Source: Ranitomeya imitator (taxonomy: Eukaryota). From it: a stretch of 64,000 nucleotides of DNA. This document shows positions 11,930-24,105 of this stretch, in pieces (the first letter of the stretch is position 1; every line of letters starts with the position of its first letter). The stretch spans positions 637,484,001-637,548,000 of the forward strand of contig NC_091282.1 of assembly GCF_032444005.1 (NCBI RefSeq), in the 5' to 3' direction. A model generated the notes under the pieces. That model saw only the letters and a program-made list of their open reading frames with translations, had not been told where the DNA came from and did not search any database. The translations under genes and the position numbers were made by a program.

Positions 11930-14590
11930 GTTTATTAACCCTTCAGGTGCTTCACAGCAGCAGAAGCAACATGAAAGGAAAAAATGAACATTTAACTTTT
12001 TAGTCACAAAAATGATCTTTCAGCAACAATTTTTTTATTTTCCGAATGGTAAAAAGAGAAACTGAACCACGAAAGTTGTTGTCCAATTTATCCTGAGTAC
12101 GCTGATACCTCATATGTGGGGGTAAACCACTGTTTGGGCGCACGGCAGGGCTTGGAAGGGAAGGAGCGCCATTTGACTTTTTGAATGAAAAATTGGCTCC
12201 ACTCTTTAGCGGACACCATGTCACGTTTGAAGAGCCCCCGTGTGCCTAAAAATTGGAGCTCCCCCACAAGTGACCCCATTTTGGAAACTAGACGCCCCAA
12301 GGAACTTATCTAGATGCATAGTGAGCACTTTAAACCCCCAGGTGCTTCACAAATTGATCCGTAAAAATGAAAAAGTACTTTTTTTTCACAAAAAAATTAT
12401 TTTAGCCTCAATTTTTTCATTTTCACATGGACAACAGGATAAAATAGATTCTAAAATTTGTTTGGCAATTTCTCCTGAGTACACCGATACCTCACATGTG
12501 GGGGTAAACCACTGTTTGGGCACATGGTAAGGCTCGGAAGGGAAGGAGCGCCATTTGACTTTTTGAATGAAAAATCTCCATCGTTAGCGGACACCATGTC
12601 GCATTTGGAGAGACCCTGTGTGCTTAAACATTGGAGCTCCCCCACAATTGACCCCATTTTGGAAACTGGACCCCCCAAGGAACTTATATAGATGCCTAGT
12701 GAGCACTTTAAACCCTCAGGTGCTTCACAAATTGATCCGTAAAAATGAAAAAGTACTTTTTTTTTTCACAAAAAATTTCTTTTCGCCTCAATTTTTTCAT
12801 TTTCACGTGGGTAATAGGATAAAATGGATCCTAAAATTTGTTGAGCAATTTCTCCCGAGTACGCCGATACCTCATATGTGGGGGTAAACCACTGTTTGGG
12901 CACAAGGCAGGGCTCGGAAGGGAAGGCGCGCCTTTTGACTTTTTGAATGGAAAATTAGCTCCAATTGTTAGCGGACACCATGTCGCATTTGGAGCGCCCC
13001 TGTGTGTCTATGCAATGGAGCTCCCCCACAAGTGACCCCATTTTGGAAACTAGACCCCCCAAGGAACTTATCTAGATGCATACTGAGCACTTTAAACCCC
13101 CAGGTGCTTCACAGAAGTTTATAATGCAGAGCCATGAAAATAAAAAATATTTTTTCTTTTCTCAAAAATGATTTTTTAGCCTGGAATTTCCTATTTTGCC
13201 AATGGTAATAGGAGAAATTGGACCACAAATGTTGTTGTCCAGTTTGTCCTGAGTACGTAGATACCCCATATGTGGGGGTAAACCACTGTTTGGGCGCACG
13301 GCAGGGCTCAGAATGGAAGGCACGCCATTTGGCTTTTTAAATGGAAAATTAGCTCCAATCATTAGCGGACACCATGTTGCGTTTGGAGAGCCCCTGTGTG
13401 CCTAAACATTGGAGATCCCCCACAAATGACCCCATTTTGGAAACTAGACCCCCAAAGGAACTAATCTAGATGTGTGGTGAGCACTTTGAACCCTCAAGTG
13501 CTTCACAGAAGTTTATAACGCAGAGCCATGAAAATAAAATAAAAAATTTCTTTTCTCAAAAATGATATTTTAGCCCGCAATTTTTTATTTTCCCAAGGGT
13601 AACAGGAGAAATTTAACCCCAAAAGTTGTTGTCCAGTTTCACCTGAGTACGCTGATACCCCATATGTGGGGGTAAACTACTATTTGGGCACTTGCCGGGG
13701 CTCGGAAGTGAAGTAGTGACGTTTTGATATACAGACTTTGATGGAATGCTCTACGGGCGTCACGTTGCGTTTGCAGAGCCCCTGATGTGACTAAACAGTA
13801 GAAACCCCCCACAAGTCACCCCATTTCGGAAACTAGACCCCGAAATGAAATTATCTAGATATGTGGTGAGCACTTTCAACCCCCAAGTGCTTCACAGCAG
13901 TTTATAACGCAGAGCCGTGAAAATAATAAATACGTTTTCTTTCCTCAAAAATAATTTTTTAGCCCAGAATTTTTTATTTTCCCAAGGGTAACAGGAGAAA
14001 TTGGACCCCAAAAGTTGTTGTCCAGTTTCTCCTGAGTACGCCGATACCCCATGTGTGGGGGTAAACCACTGTTTGGGCGCACGTCGGGGCTCAGAAGGGA
14101 AGTAGTGACTTTTGAAATGCAGACTTTGATGGAATGGTCTGCGGACGTCACGTTGCGTTTGCAGAGCCCCTGGTGTGCCTAAACAGTAGAAACCCCCCAC
14201 AAGTGACCCCATTTTGGAAACTAGACCCCCCAAGGAACTTATCTAGATATGTGCTGAGCACTTTGAACCCCCAAGTGCTTCACAGACGTTTACAATGCAG
14301 AGCCGTGAAAATAAAAAATCATTTTTCTTTCCTCAAAAATGATGTTTTAGCAAGCAATTTTTTATTTTCTCAAGGGTAACAGGAGAAATTGGACCCCAGT
14401 AATTGTTGCGCAGTTTGTCCTGAGTATGCTGGTACCCCATATGTGGGGGTAAACCACTGTTTGGGCACACGTCGGGGCTCGGAAGTGAGAGAGCACCATT
14501 TGACTTTTTGAATACAAGATTGGCTGGAATCAATGGTGGCGCCATGTTGCGTTTGGAGACCCCCTGATGTGCCTAAACAGTGGAAACCCC
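11930..14590. repeat. ~385-bp tandem satellite (about 7 diverging units) inside the piggyBac-like element
   Basis: The CCCCATTTTGGAAACTAGA anchor recurs near 12275, 12653, 13035, 13433, 13820 and 14207. Confidence 0.9.
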
Positions 14591-14595
14591 TCAAT

Positions 14596-15496
14596 TCTAA
14601 CTCCAACACACCCCTAAACCTTATCCCAACTGTAGCCATAACCCTAATCACAACCCTAACCCCAACACACCCCTAACCACAACCCTAATTCCAACCCAAC
14701 CCTAACCCTAAGGCTATGTGCCAACGTTGCGGATTCGTATGAGATTTTTCAGCACCATTTTTGAAAAATCCGCGGGTAAAAGGCACTGCGTTTTACCTGC
14801 GGATTTTCCGCGGATTTCCAGTGTTTTTTGTGCGGATTTCACCTGTGGATTCCTATTGAGGAACAAGTGTAAAACGCTGCGGAATCCGCACAAAGAATTG
14901 ACATGCTGCGGAAAATACAACACAGCGTTTCCGCGCGGTATTTTCCGCACCATGGGCACAGCGGATTAGGTTTTCCATATGTTTACATGGTACTGTAAAC
15001 CTGATGGAACACTGCTGCGAATCTGCAGCGGCCAATCCGCTGCAGATCCGCAACCAAATCCGCACCGTGTGCACATAGCCTAATTCTAAAGGTATGTGCA
15101 CACGCTGCGGAAAATGCTGCGGATCTGCAGCAGTTTCCCATGAGTTTACAGTTCAATGTAAACCTATGGGAAACAAAAATCGCTATACACATGCTGCGGA
15201 AAAACTGCACGGAAACGCAGCGGTTTACATTCCGCAGCATGTCGCTTCTTTCTGCGGATTCCGCAGCGGTTTTACACCTGCTCCAATAGAAAATCGCAGT
15301 TGTAAAACCGCAGTGAAATGCGCAGAAAAACCGCGGTAAATCCACAGCGGTTTAGCACTGCGGATTTATCAAATCCTCTGCGGAAAAATCCGCAGAGGAC
15401 CAGAATACGTGTGCACATTCCGAACCCTAACCCTACCCCTAACCCTAACCCTACCCATAACCCTACCCCTAACCCTAACCCTAGTTCTTACCCCAA
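14596..15496. repeat. Degenerate telomere-like (CCCTAA)n tract split by two MITEs
   Basis: CCCTAA/CCCCAA/ACCTAA units at 14596-14711 and 15422-15496. Confidence 0.75.
14712..15080. mobile_element. PIF/Harbinger-like MITE; a second one follows at 15090-15421
   Basis: TAA|GGCTATGTGC ... GCACATAGCC|TAA; internal GCGGA/TCCGC palindromic motifs; 3-bp TWA TSD. Confidence 0.8.
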
Positions 15497-16579
15497 CCTT
15501 AGTGGGAAAAAAAAATTATTTTTTTTTTTTATTGTCCCTACCTATAGGGGTGACAAAGGGGGGGGGGGTCATTTACTATTTTTTTTATTTTGATCACTGA
15601 GACAGGTTATATCTCAGTGATCAAAATTCACTCTGGAACGAATCTGCCGGCCGGCAGATTCGGCGGGCGCACTGCACATGCGCCCGCCATTTTGGAAGAT
15701 GGCGGCGCCCGGGAAAGAAGACGGACACCGGCAGGCTCGGTAAGTATAAGGGGGGGGAGATCAGGGCACGGGGGGGGGGCGTCGGAGCACGGGGGGGGAG
15801 GCGTCGGAGCACGGGGGGGCGTCGGAGCATGGATGAGGATCGGTGTGCGTGCGGGTGGATTGGAGCACGGGGTGGGGGATCGCTGTGCAGGGGGGTGGAT
15901 CGCTGTGCGGGGGGGGATCGCTGTGCGGGGGGGGATCGGAGCACGGGGGGGTTTCATTGGAGCACGGGGGGTGTGATTGGAGCACGGGGGGAGCGGACAG
16001 GAGGACGGGGGAGCGGAGCACTGGACGGAGGGGAGCGCTGCACAGATCGGGGGGCTGGGGGGGCGATCGGTGGGGTGGGTGCACATTAGTATTTCCAGCC
16101 ATGGCCGATGATATTGCAGCATCGGCCATGGCTGGATTGTAATATTTCACCAGTTTTTTAGGTGAAATATTACAAATCGCTCTGATTGGCAGTTTCACTT
16201 TCAACAGCCAATCAGAGCGATCGTAGCCACGGGGGGGTGAAGCCACCCCCCCTGGGCTAAACTACCACTCCCCCTGTCCCTGCAGATCGGGTGAAATGGG
16301 AGTTAACCCTTTCACCCGATCTGCAGGGACGCGATCTTTCTGTGACACAGCATATGCGTCACAGGTCGGATTGGCACTGACTTTCATGACGCATACGCTG
16401 TGTCACAGGTCGGGAAGGGGTTAACATCTCTGGTCTTGTTTTGCGGGCTCTGTTCCCCTTTGACCTCACATGAACAGCACCTGTGTATATTTCCTATCAG
16501 CTGTCACTTATTCAGGCTGCTCCTTTTTATTTCCAGCAGACCAGATAACAGACTGAGTATGACCATATCTGTGTAGGCC

Positions 16580-17575
16580 AAGAAAGCAGGACTCATAGGC
16601 TTTCTGTATGAATTGGAGGGGCTAAAGGACTCACAGGCTTCTTCTACAAGTAGGCAGGAAAATCAGGACTCACAGACTTCTGCCACTAGTAAACGAGAAG
16701 AGCAGGACTCATAGGATTCCTCTATGAGCAGATAGGAGGAAGCAGGACTCACAGGCTTTCTATTCTAGTAGGCAGGGAAGCAGGACTCACATGTTTGCTC
16801 TATGAGTAGGCAGGGGAAGCAGAACTCACAGGCTTTCTCCAAAAATAGACATGGGGAAGCAAGACACACAGGCTTTCTCTATGAGTAGCAGGGCCGGTGG
16901 CAGTCGTGGGCCGCTCGCCAGTGCCGACTCACCCCCCCGCCGCCGACGACTCACCCCCCGACAGCGCCGCATTCAACTATACTTAAGGATGAATGACCTC
17001 AGGGAGATCAAAACATCCAACACCGCGGAGACACCATCACGTGTTTCTCAACGCAGTGATCCAGAACACTGCTCCCATCCCTATGGATGGGTACGCCTGT
17101 ACAGTTGAATCGGCAGGGGAAGTAGGACTCACAGGCTTTTTCTTGAAATAGTTAGGGGGAAGCAGGACTCAGTCTTTCTCTATGAGTAGGCGAGAGAAGT
17201 AGGACTCACAGGCTTTCTCTACAAATAGGCAGGGGAAAGCAGGGTTCATAGTCTTTTTTCTATGAGTAGGTGGGGTGAAGCAGGAGTCACACAATTCTTC
17301 TACGAGTAGGTGGAGGAAACATGACTCACAGGCTTTCGCTATGAGTGGGCAGGGGAAGCAGGACTCACAGGCTTTCTCTACAAGTAGGCAGGGGAAATGG
17401 GACTCATAAGCTTCATCTACAAGTAGGCAGGGGAAACAGGACTCACAGGCTTCCTCTATGAGTAGGTGGGGGAAGCATGACTTACAGGATTTCTATAGTG
17501 TAGGAGGAGGGAAGCAAGACTCACAGTCTGCAACTAAGAGTAGGCAGGGGAAGCAGGACCCACAGTCAAAAGTCA
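16580..17575. repeat. ~39-bp degenerate minisatellite (GAGTAGGCAGGGGAAGCAGGACTCACAGGCTTTCTCTAT)
   Basis: Visible tandem units, interrupted at ~16891-17110. Confidence 0.9.
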
Positions 17576-17701
17576 TATCTTTTTTGCTGACTCTGCCAAT
17601 GTGTATGGAAAACAGAAATAACCACAAAGGCAGCTAACATTTTCTATTTTTACCTTGTATTTAAAACATTTCTAATTCATGCCACCAACCTCCTCCAACA
17701 G

Positions 17702-17824
17702 GGACTGGGGACGGATGACAGTACTCTTATACGTATCCTCATTTCTCGGAGTGAGGTTGATTTATTGAGTATCCGGGTGGCCTATAGAAGGAAATATGGA
17801 AAATCCCTCTATTCAACAATTCAG
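17702..17824 (+). CDS. ANXA9: Annexin A9-like exon (123 bp): [41 protein letters not shown]
   Basis: CAG/GTAAT boundaries; canonical 123-bp repeat IV exon. Confidence 0.95.
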
Positions 17825-17928
17825 GTAATGTCTGTTTGAGCCATAAAAAATCTTAAAGGGAAAGTCCACTTTTTAATGAATATTTCTATAAAGCAATAAA
17901 ATAAGACTATTTTTTACAGATTACTTAA

Positions 17929-18363
17929 AGGGAACCTGTCACCCCCAAAATCGAAGATGAGCTAAGCCCACCGGCATCAGAGGCTTATCTACAGCATTCT
18001 GTAATGCTGTAGATAAGCCCCCAATATATCCTGAAAGATGAGAAAAAGAGGTTAGATTATACTCACCTGGGCGGGCGGTCCGATCCGATGGGCGTCACGG
18101 TCCTGTCCGGGGCCTCCTATTTTCTTACGATTACGTCCTCTTGTTGTTTCACGCTGCGGCTCCGGCTCCGGTGTACTTTGTCTGCCCTGTTGAGGGCAGA
18201 GCAAACTACTGCGGTGCGCAGTGAGGTGAGTATAATCTAACCTCTTTTTCTCATCTTTCAGGATACATCGAGGGCTTATCTACAGGATTACAGAATGCTG
18301 TAGATAAGCCCCTGATGCCGATGGGCTTAGCTCACCTTTGATTTTGGGGGTGACAGGTTCCCT
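17929..18363. mobile_element. T2/Kolobok-like palindromic MITE in the annexin intron
   Basis: TTAA|AGGGAACCTGTCACCCCCAAAATC ... GATTTTGGGGGTGACAGGTTCCCT|TTAA with long inverted arms. Confidence 0.88.
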
Positions 18364-18726
18364 TTAAGATACTTTATTGGGAATGCATTTTTCCAATGCT
18401 ATTTTAAAGATTAGAGCAGGAGGGGGCGCTATTGCACTTTTTAATAGATCTAAGCACCTGTGAACCACAGTGGTGAAAAGTCGTACTGCAAGTGAGAAAT
18501 GTATGTAAGAATTGGGTTAATAATAATAATAACAACAATAATAATAATAATAACAATCTTTATTTTTACAGTTACAGTTATACCTTCTGAGAATTATAAA
18601 TCTATTTCTTTAACCAACAGCTGAAGTTTCAATATGTATCTGCGTTATAAAATACTACTTTTTAAACAATAGGATACATTCCCTTTAACCGTCCATATGT
18701 AGTGATATAACACATTTCTCTTCCAG

Positions 18727-18789
18727 AGTGAAGCCAAGGGGAGTTATCGATCTGCTTTACTTTTGCTGTGCAGGGCAGAAGACATATAA
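18727..18789 (+). CDS. ANXA9: Annexin A9-like terminal coding exon: SEAKGSYRSALLLLCRAEDI*
   Basis: TTCCAG acceptor, TAA stop; LCRAED C-terminus as in ANXA9 (LCRAEDM). Candidate ATTAAA poly(A) signal at 18933-38. Confidence 0.93.
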   Translation, partial: SEAKGSYRSALLLLCRAEDI

Positions 18790-19036
18790 TTGCATATTAT
18801 TTTATGAGCGTGAGGATTATATGATATGATGTGGACAGTCAGCAGCAAACGTGGCCACCATTTTTATCTGCCCTACACGTCCTCTCTGACAGAGGGAACC
18901 ATGACCCACGAATGTGTCCACATGTATTGTCCATTAAAAGTATCTTTCATAAATCTGGTGTTTCTCCATTATTGGAATTGGTACCGGCAAATATGATGCC
19001 AACATAGCCACAGCATGCCTGCGGGCGCAAGATATA

Positions 19037-19764
19037 CAGATCTGGCAAAAATTAAGAGACCACTGCAAAATGTTCAGTTTGCCTGATTTTTCTCTTTATA
19101 GGTATATTTTTGAGTAAAATCTAAATTGTTCTTTTATTCTATAAACTACTGACAACATGTCTTCGAAGTTCCAAGCAATAAATTTTATATTTATTTTCTG
19201 AAAATGAGAAATGGTCAAAATAACAAAAAAGGCAGTGCTTGCAGACCTCAAATAATGAAAAAAAAAACAAGTTCATAATCATTTAGAAACAACAATACTA
19301 ATGTTTTAACTCAGGAAGAGTTCAGAAATATATATTTTGTGGAATAACCATGATTTTTAATCAAAGCTTTCATGCGTCTTGGCATGCTTTCCACCAGTCT
19401 TTCACACTGCTTCTGGGTGACCTTATGCCACTCCTGGTACAAAAATGTAAGCAGTTCTTTGTTTGATGGCTTGTGACTATCCATCATCCTCTTGATTACA
19501 TTCCAGAGGTTTTCAATGGGGGTCAGGTCTGGAGATTGGGCTGGCCATGACAGGGATTTGATGTGGTTGTCCTTCATCCACACCTTGATTGACCTAACTG
19601 TGTGGCATGGCGCATTGTCCTGCTGGAAAAACCAGCCCTCAGAGTTGGGGAACATTGCCTGAGCAGCAGGAATCAACTGTTCTTCCAGAATAACCTTGTA
19701 TGCGGCTTGATTCATACGTCCTTCGCAAAGATTAACCTGCCCAATTCCAGCCTTGCTGAAGCAT
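19037..19764 (-). mobile_element. 3' half of a Tc1-like transposon (DD34E), 5'-truncated
   Basis: TA|CAGATCTGGCAAAAATTAAGAGACCACTGC terminus; ORF 19311-19715 with QQDNAPCH-...-SPDLTPIENLW (34 aa D-E spacing). Confidence 0.88.
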
Positions 19765-20516
19765 CAAGAGGAAGATGGATAGCTGAGCTCAGATACCGGT
19801 AGCTGGAAGACTGAGGTTGTGGGGGTAACTTCATGCCCCACTGCAGAAAACAGAAGACAGCAGATTGCAAGTTACCTGTCCACCATTGACACCTGAGGAC
19901 ACAGTGGCAGATAGAGCCCGAGTCATGATAGAAATCCTGTAAAAAGGCTCAAGTTACCGGTCATACAGGTAGTGTCCTATCTAAAGGGGGACAAAGAGAA
20001 AACGTGAGGACCTTGTGTGAGGCCTAAGGCAGCAATTGACTACAACACCACAGCGCTAGAGGGAAGGCTTCCACCCGCACCTGGTAAGGGTAATTCCAGA
20101 CTCACTTCCAAGTCGGCCGGACCATCGACACCTGCGATCCAGTACCCTGGACTGTGGATGCCTGAACCCTTCAGTAAAAAGGTAAAGAGACTGCAACCCC
20201 GTGTCCTCCGTTTCTTTCCGGCACTACACAATCCTTGCCAAACACACCAGGAGCCCTGGGGACCCAGCTTCACCTGTGGGAAGCCATACCATCCCGGCTG
20301 CCACAACATCACCCCAGAGGACCCCTTTATGCAGCGTCGGTCACCCCTGACCGGGTACCACAGGTGGCGTCACGAAAAAACTTTATTCAAACCCCTTTAA
20401 AGACCTCTCTTTTTACATGGGCACCCAGGGCCATGGACTGGGTGGCTGCTACCGTGATACATCCCTACACATCCCTACCGAGTACCCCCCGGCCCTTGCG
20501 GGCGTTCCAAAAACAA
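19765..20516 (+). mobile_element. LTR fragment related to the LTR at 232-1519
   Basis: Shared blocks in opposite orientation (CCTTCAGTAAAAAGGTAAAGAGACTGCAACC; CCACAGGTGGCGTCACGAA); boundaries approximate. Confidence 0.65.
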
Positions 20517-21685
20517 GGGGAGATAATTATTGTATGAGGGCATAGAGGGGGAGATAATTATTGTATGGGTTCAAAAAGTGGGAGATAATTATTGTATGGG
20601 GGCAAAAAGGAGACATTGAGAAGAGGATGTAACCTTCACAGGGGCACTATAATTGTCTGGAGGCAGAGAGGGGGCACTATATATAACTTTTGGAGTTAAA
20701 TGTGGTGCACTGTTACTTTTGGTGAACATTATGGGTGGCAAAGGCGGGTAGAATTATTACCATGTAGGGCTTTATATTCTGCAGAAACAAGATATGACGA
20801 TCTGGGTCAAATGGAGGACAGGAGAATTAAATGAGTATGGTCAGAGAGGTACCTACCTCCTTATGGTCAGGTCATGGTATAATTGTAATATTCGTATTGG
20901 TACAGTGTTTTTGTTAATGCCCACTATGTTGGTATGTTTGGATCATGGTGTGGTGGTATTTTTTTTATATAGTGGTATTGATGGTTGTATTGCTCTTAGT
21001 ACACTGGATTTTATATTCCGGTATTTGTTACATGTTGTGTTATTTGCTGACTGTAAGATTATGTGGTCTGCATATATTTGTATTTTCTTCTTTTTTTGAG
21101 GGAAAAGGAACTTATTTCTTTGTAGACCCAAGCGAAGCCACAAGGGCGCAGGCATCAGAGCTGCAGTCTGGTGGATGTGAGGGGAGAGCCCCAATCCAAA
21201 AGTTGCACTGGGGCCCATAAAACTCTAGTTACGCCCCAGAGGGGAACTTATAGTGTTTATATAATAGTGAGTGCTACAAAATCATGTTTCTGACACACAT
21301 GTCAAAATAAAGAAAAATAGACAAACCCTTTAAGAGAAATTTGACATGAGGCCCTATATATTTCCATAATGTATAACTGGAACAACTAAACAGAAATAGG
21401 CAACATGAGACTCACATAAGGAACTGATGAAGACTTATACACGGTGACTAGAATATTTACTTGTCACTAAAGTTAGAGTAAGGTACCTAAAAAAAACAAT
21501 TTTCTAAACCTACACCCAACACAAGCTGGTACATTCTGATCATCTGAGACTTTCATTAGCATAAACTGCATGAAAACATTAGCTCCCACCACCATAGTGG
21601 ATCATACTCAGTGACCGATATCGTGAAGACACAGCATGTTCCAATGCTGAGGGTACAAACGTTCATGAAATGATCTTACACATTC

Positions 21686-21885
21686 TTAGAAGAATAGTTT
21701 AGCCGTGAACACGGAAAATCCCAAGGTCAGAAAGAAGGTGCAGTACTGGAGGACAACTGCGGAGGCGCTGCTGCAAACAATGCCCAGATGGATGACCGCT
21801 CCGTCAATATCAAAGGTCTGATCTCCAAAATTGCAGATTGAATCTGTTGCACAGCCCCGTATCTTCGTACCAAGGCCGGGTCCCA
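21686..21885 (-). CDS. Ly6/uPAR (PLA2-inhibitor-gamma-like) gene, terminal exon: VGPGLGTKIRGCATDSICNFG...VCSSASAVVLQYCTFFLTLGFSVFTAKLFF*
   Basis: TTTTTTTCACAG acceptor, phase 1; RGCAT..C motif typical of the second LU domain; hydrophobic GPI-like C-terminus; TAA stop. Confidence 0.85.
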
Positions 21886-23018
21886 CTGTGAAAAAAAGGC
21901 AAAAGTATGATTTTTTTAAAAATATGTAGCATAGTCATATAGAGTAATTATGATGACATACTAAAACCATATTAATCTATCCATCTACACTACCTGTGAT
22001 CTATAAACAGTATCCATCCATCCACAGCACACGTACGTACTGGCGAACTCTGCACTGTCCTAGATGTGCCGCCTGTTCTCCGACAGGTGCAGAGGTCAGA
22101 AACTCTACGCAGTCTCAGAGTCCAAGAGATGAAGTGATAGACTCTGTCCTAACCTTGTATGACTTGTGGAGATATCCCTGACACGGAAAGGTGCATCATA
22201 AACATGTCGGTATGTTATAAAGGAAAGCTCCAGTTTTGGCAAAAAAAAGTAATAAGGGGCTTATTCATCCCCTCCTTTATTCCCATACAAACACATTGCT
22301 TTGGAAGAATAATAGTGTAGGTCACATTTGTTTCTGAAGCATACAGGTCCCATAGCTTCCACATTTTTTCATGTGATGATAGCTATACCACCAAGGTGCC
22401 AAGGTCAGAAGAGAGGATGGAGACTTTCTCAAGGGACTTAGCTGCAGACCAGGGGGCTCATGTGACCAACGTGCAGGCTGGCAACACGGTGGCGGTCCAT
22501 CTTTATTTCACATGGACAAGGCAGGGGGAATTTTTGGTGGAACCATCTGCTGCTCACAAGGAGGCAACAGTGAGCAGACATGGGAATTGCCATTTCCGCT
22601 GCTAGGACCTTTGCGGCACGATTGTGAACAATACTCCTACACCAGCTTGAGGTAAGAGAGATTGTTAATTTAGCTCTAACATGGTATATGGTATATGTGG
22701 TACAGTACAAGTGATCAAACCAGATTCACTCCCCCTAGGATATAGAATAGAAATATAGAAAAATATAAATCACCCCCCATTTTCCAATCCAATATTACAA
22801 TAATTAAGAAAATAATAAAATATATTTGTTATGGCCCATCCATAATATACCAAGCCTTCACACAGCTTCATTTCATTCCTTTTAAAAGTTATAGGATATA
22901 TTAAAATATTTAGGAAATGTTAAGCAAATTGCTAATAAAGCAGTGCCCTAGTATGCAAATAAAGGTAAGGACGAGCATGGACTTTCTGTATTTGATACTA
23001 CCTTTGTCCTGGGCTTAC

Positions 23019-23141
23019 CCGTGGTCAGGTCCACGCTAGCGCATTTTTTCTCATCTCCCATGCACTCAATCTTACACTGGTCCTGCGACGAAGCGCACGT
23101 CGGGCACGTCACACCATTCTTCAGTGTGTTGGTGGGTGGCA
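23019..23141 (-). CDS. Ly6/uPAR gene exon: (L)PPTNTLKNGVTCPTCASSQDQCKIECMGDEKKCASVDLTT
   Basis: CCCCTAG acceptor (alternative AG at 23163-64), GTAAG donor, phase 1-1; NGVTCPTC and C-x-G-D-E-x-x-C motifs. Confidence 0.87.
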
Positions 23142-24105
23142 CTAGGGGTATAAATTCATAGTCTAATATTAAAGGTGATATTCCATGATTTTCTGTGTAT
23201 GTCTTCTTAAAGGGGCTAGCCACTCCTCTAAATAAAGTTTTTTAAGCACAAAGGTGCTGAAAAACCCCCCAGCAAAACAACCCCATATTCCGCTACCAGA
23301 CTGGCCTCGCTGCTATGTTCCGCTGCTGGTGATGCAAAGAGGACCTGTCACTAGTTATGGACATGTAATTTATTTTCCTGATATGAACACTCCTTTTCTC
23401 CTGAATCCGGCAATGTTTTACTTTTCTTCCTGAGCCTCTCCGTTCCTGAGATATGGCTCCTTCTTCAAAGCATACAATGCTAGTCTCGTTAGCTAAGTGG
23501 GGGCGGTCCTTAAGAACACACCCACTGACAATTGTTGAGGACCACTCCCTGTTGGCTAACATGAGTATATTTATATCAAGGGAAGAGAGGGCCATATCTC
23601 AGGAAAAGAGAGGCGCAGGAACAAAAGAAAAATATCGCCGGATTCAGGAAAACAGCAGCTTTTACACCAAGTAAAACAGTACATATTTATGGTAAATGAC
23701 AGGTCTTCTTTATTTTTTTGGATGTGTGAAAACATTAGCTATAAAATGAATGATAAAATAATTGCCTTTTATTTTTATACAAAAACAACTTCACACCTGT
23801 TCCATGTGTCGTACCCATGGACAGATGTGACACTGTTTTTTGGAAGAATTCAGCCCCATTTAAAGAACTTATTTGTACAAAGCCATACTATGGTGCTCAT
23901 AGAAGTCTACGGAGTCCCTGCTACAGGTCTGATTTCATATGAAGGCAGATAACTTTTTTTCTGTAGGGTTCTGTCCGATGCAGGCATTCTTCATTGGAAG
24001 CACCACAGGGATTCTGTATGGCGCCATACGGCTCCGCATAGGCGGCTCTGACGTATGTATGAGGCATAGCCTTGTAAATAATCAATGAAAATGAGCTATA
24101 CATAC

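Larger units (their letters stand above)
11384..16420. mobile_element. ~5.0-kb non-autonomous piggyBac-like element, copy 1
   Basis: TTAA|CCCCTTCATGACC ... GGTCGGGAAGGGG|TTAA with TTAA TSDs at 11380-83 and 16421-24; near-identical copy at 45844-57537; no transposase ORF. Confidence 0.85.

Noticed and set aside
12000-16246. Many 60-165 aa ORFs in the satellite, MITEs and GC-rich tail (and paralogs at 46464-48960, 55037-57363)
   Set aside because: Overlapping, on both strands and low-complexity; no protein-family motifs.
20017-20537. ORFs resembling those at 205-611
   Set aside because: The similarity reflects homologous LTR DNA, not a conserved protein.
23142-23162. Longer version of the Ly6 exon using the AG at 23163-64
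   Set aside because: The downstream CCCCTAG acceptor has a better pyrimidine context and gives the more typical ...LPP..NG..C linker; not excluded without RNA data.
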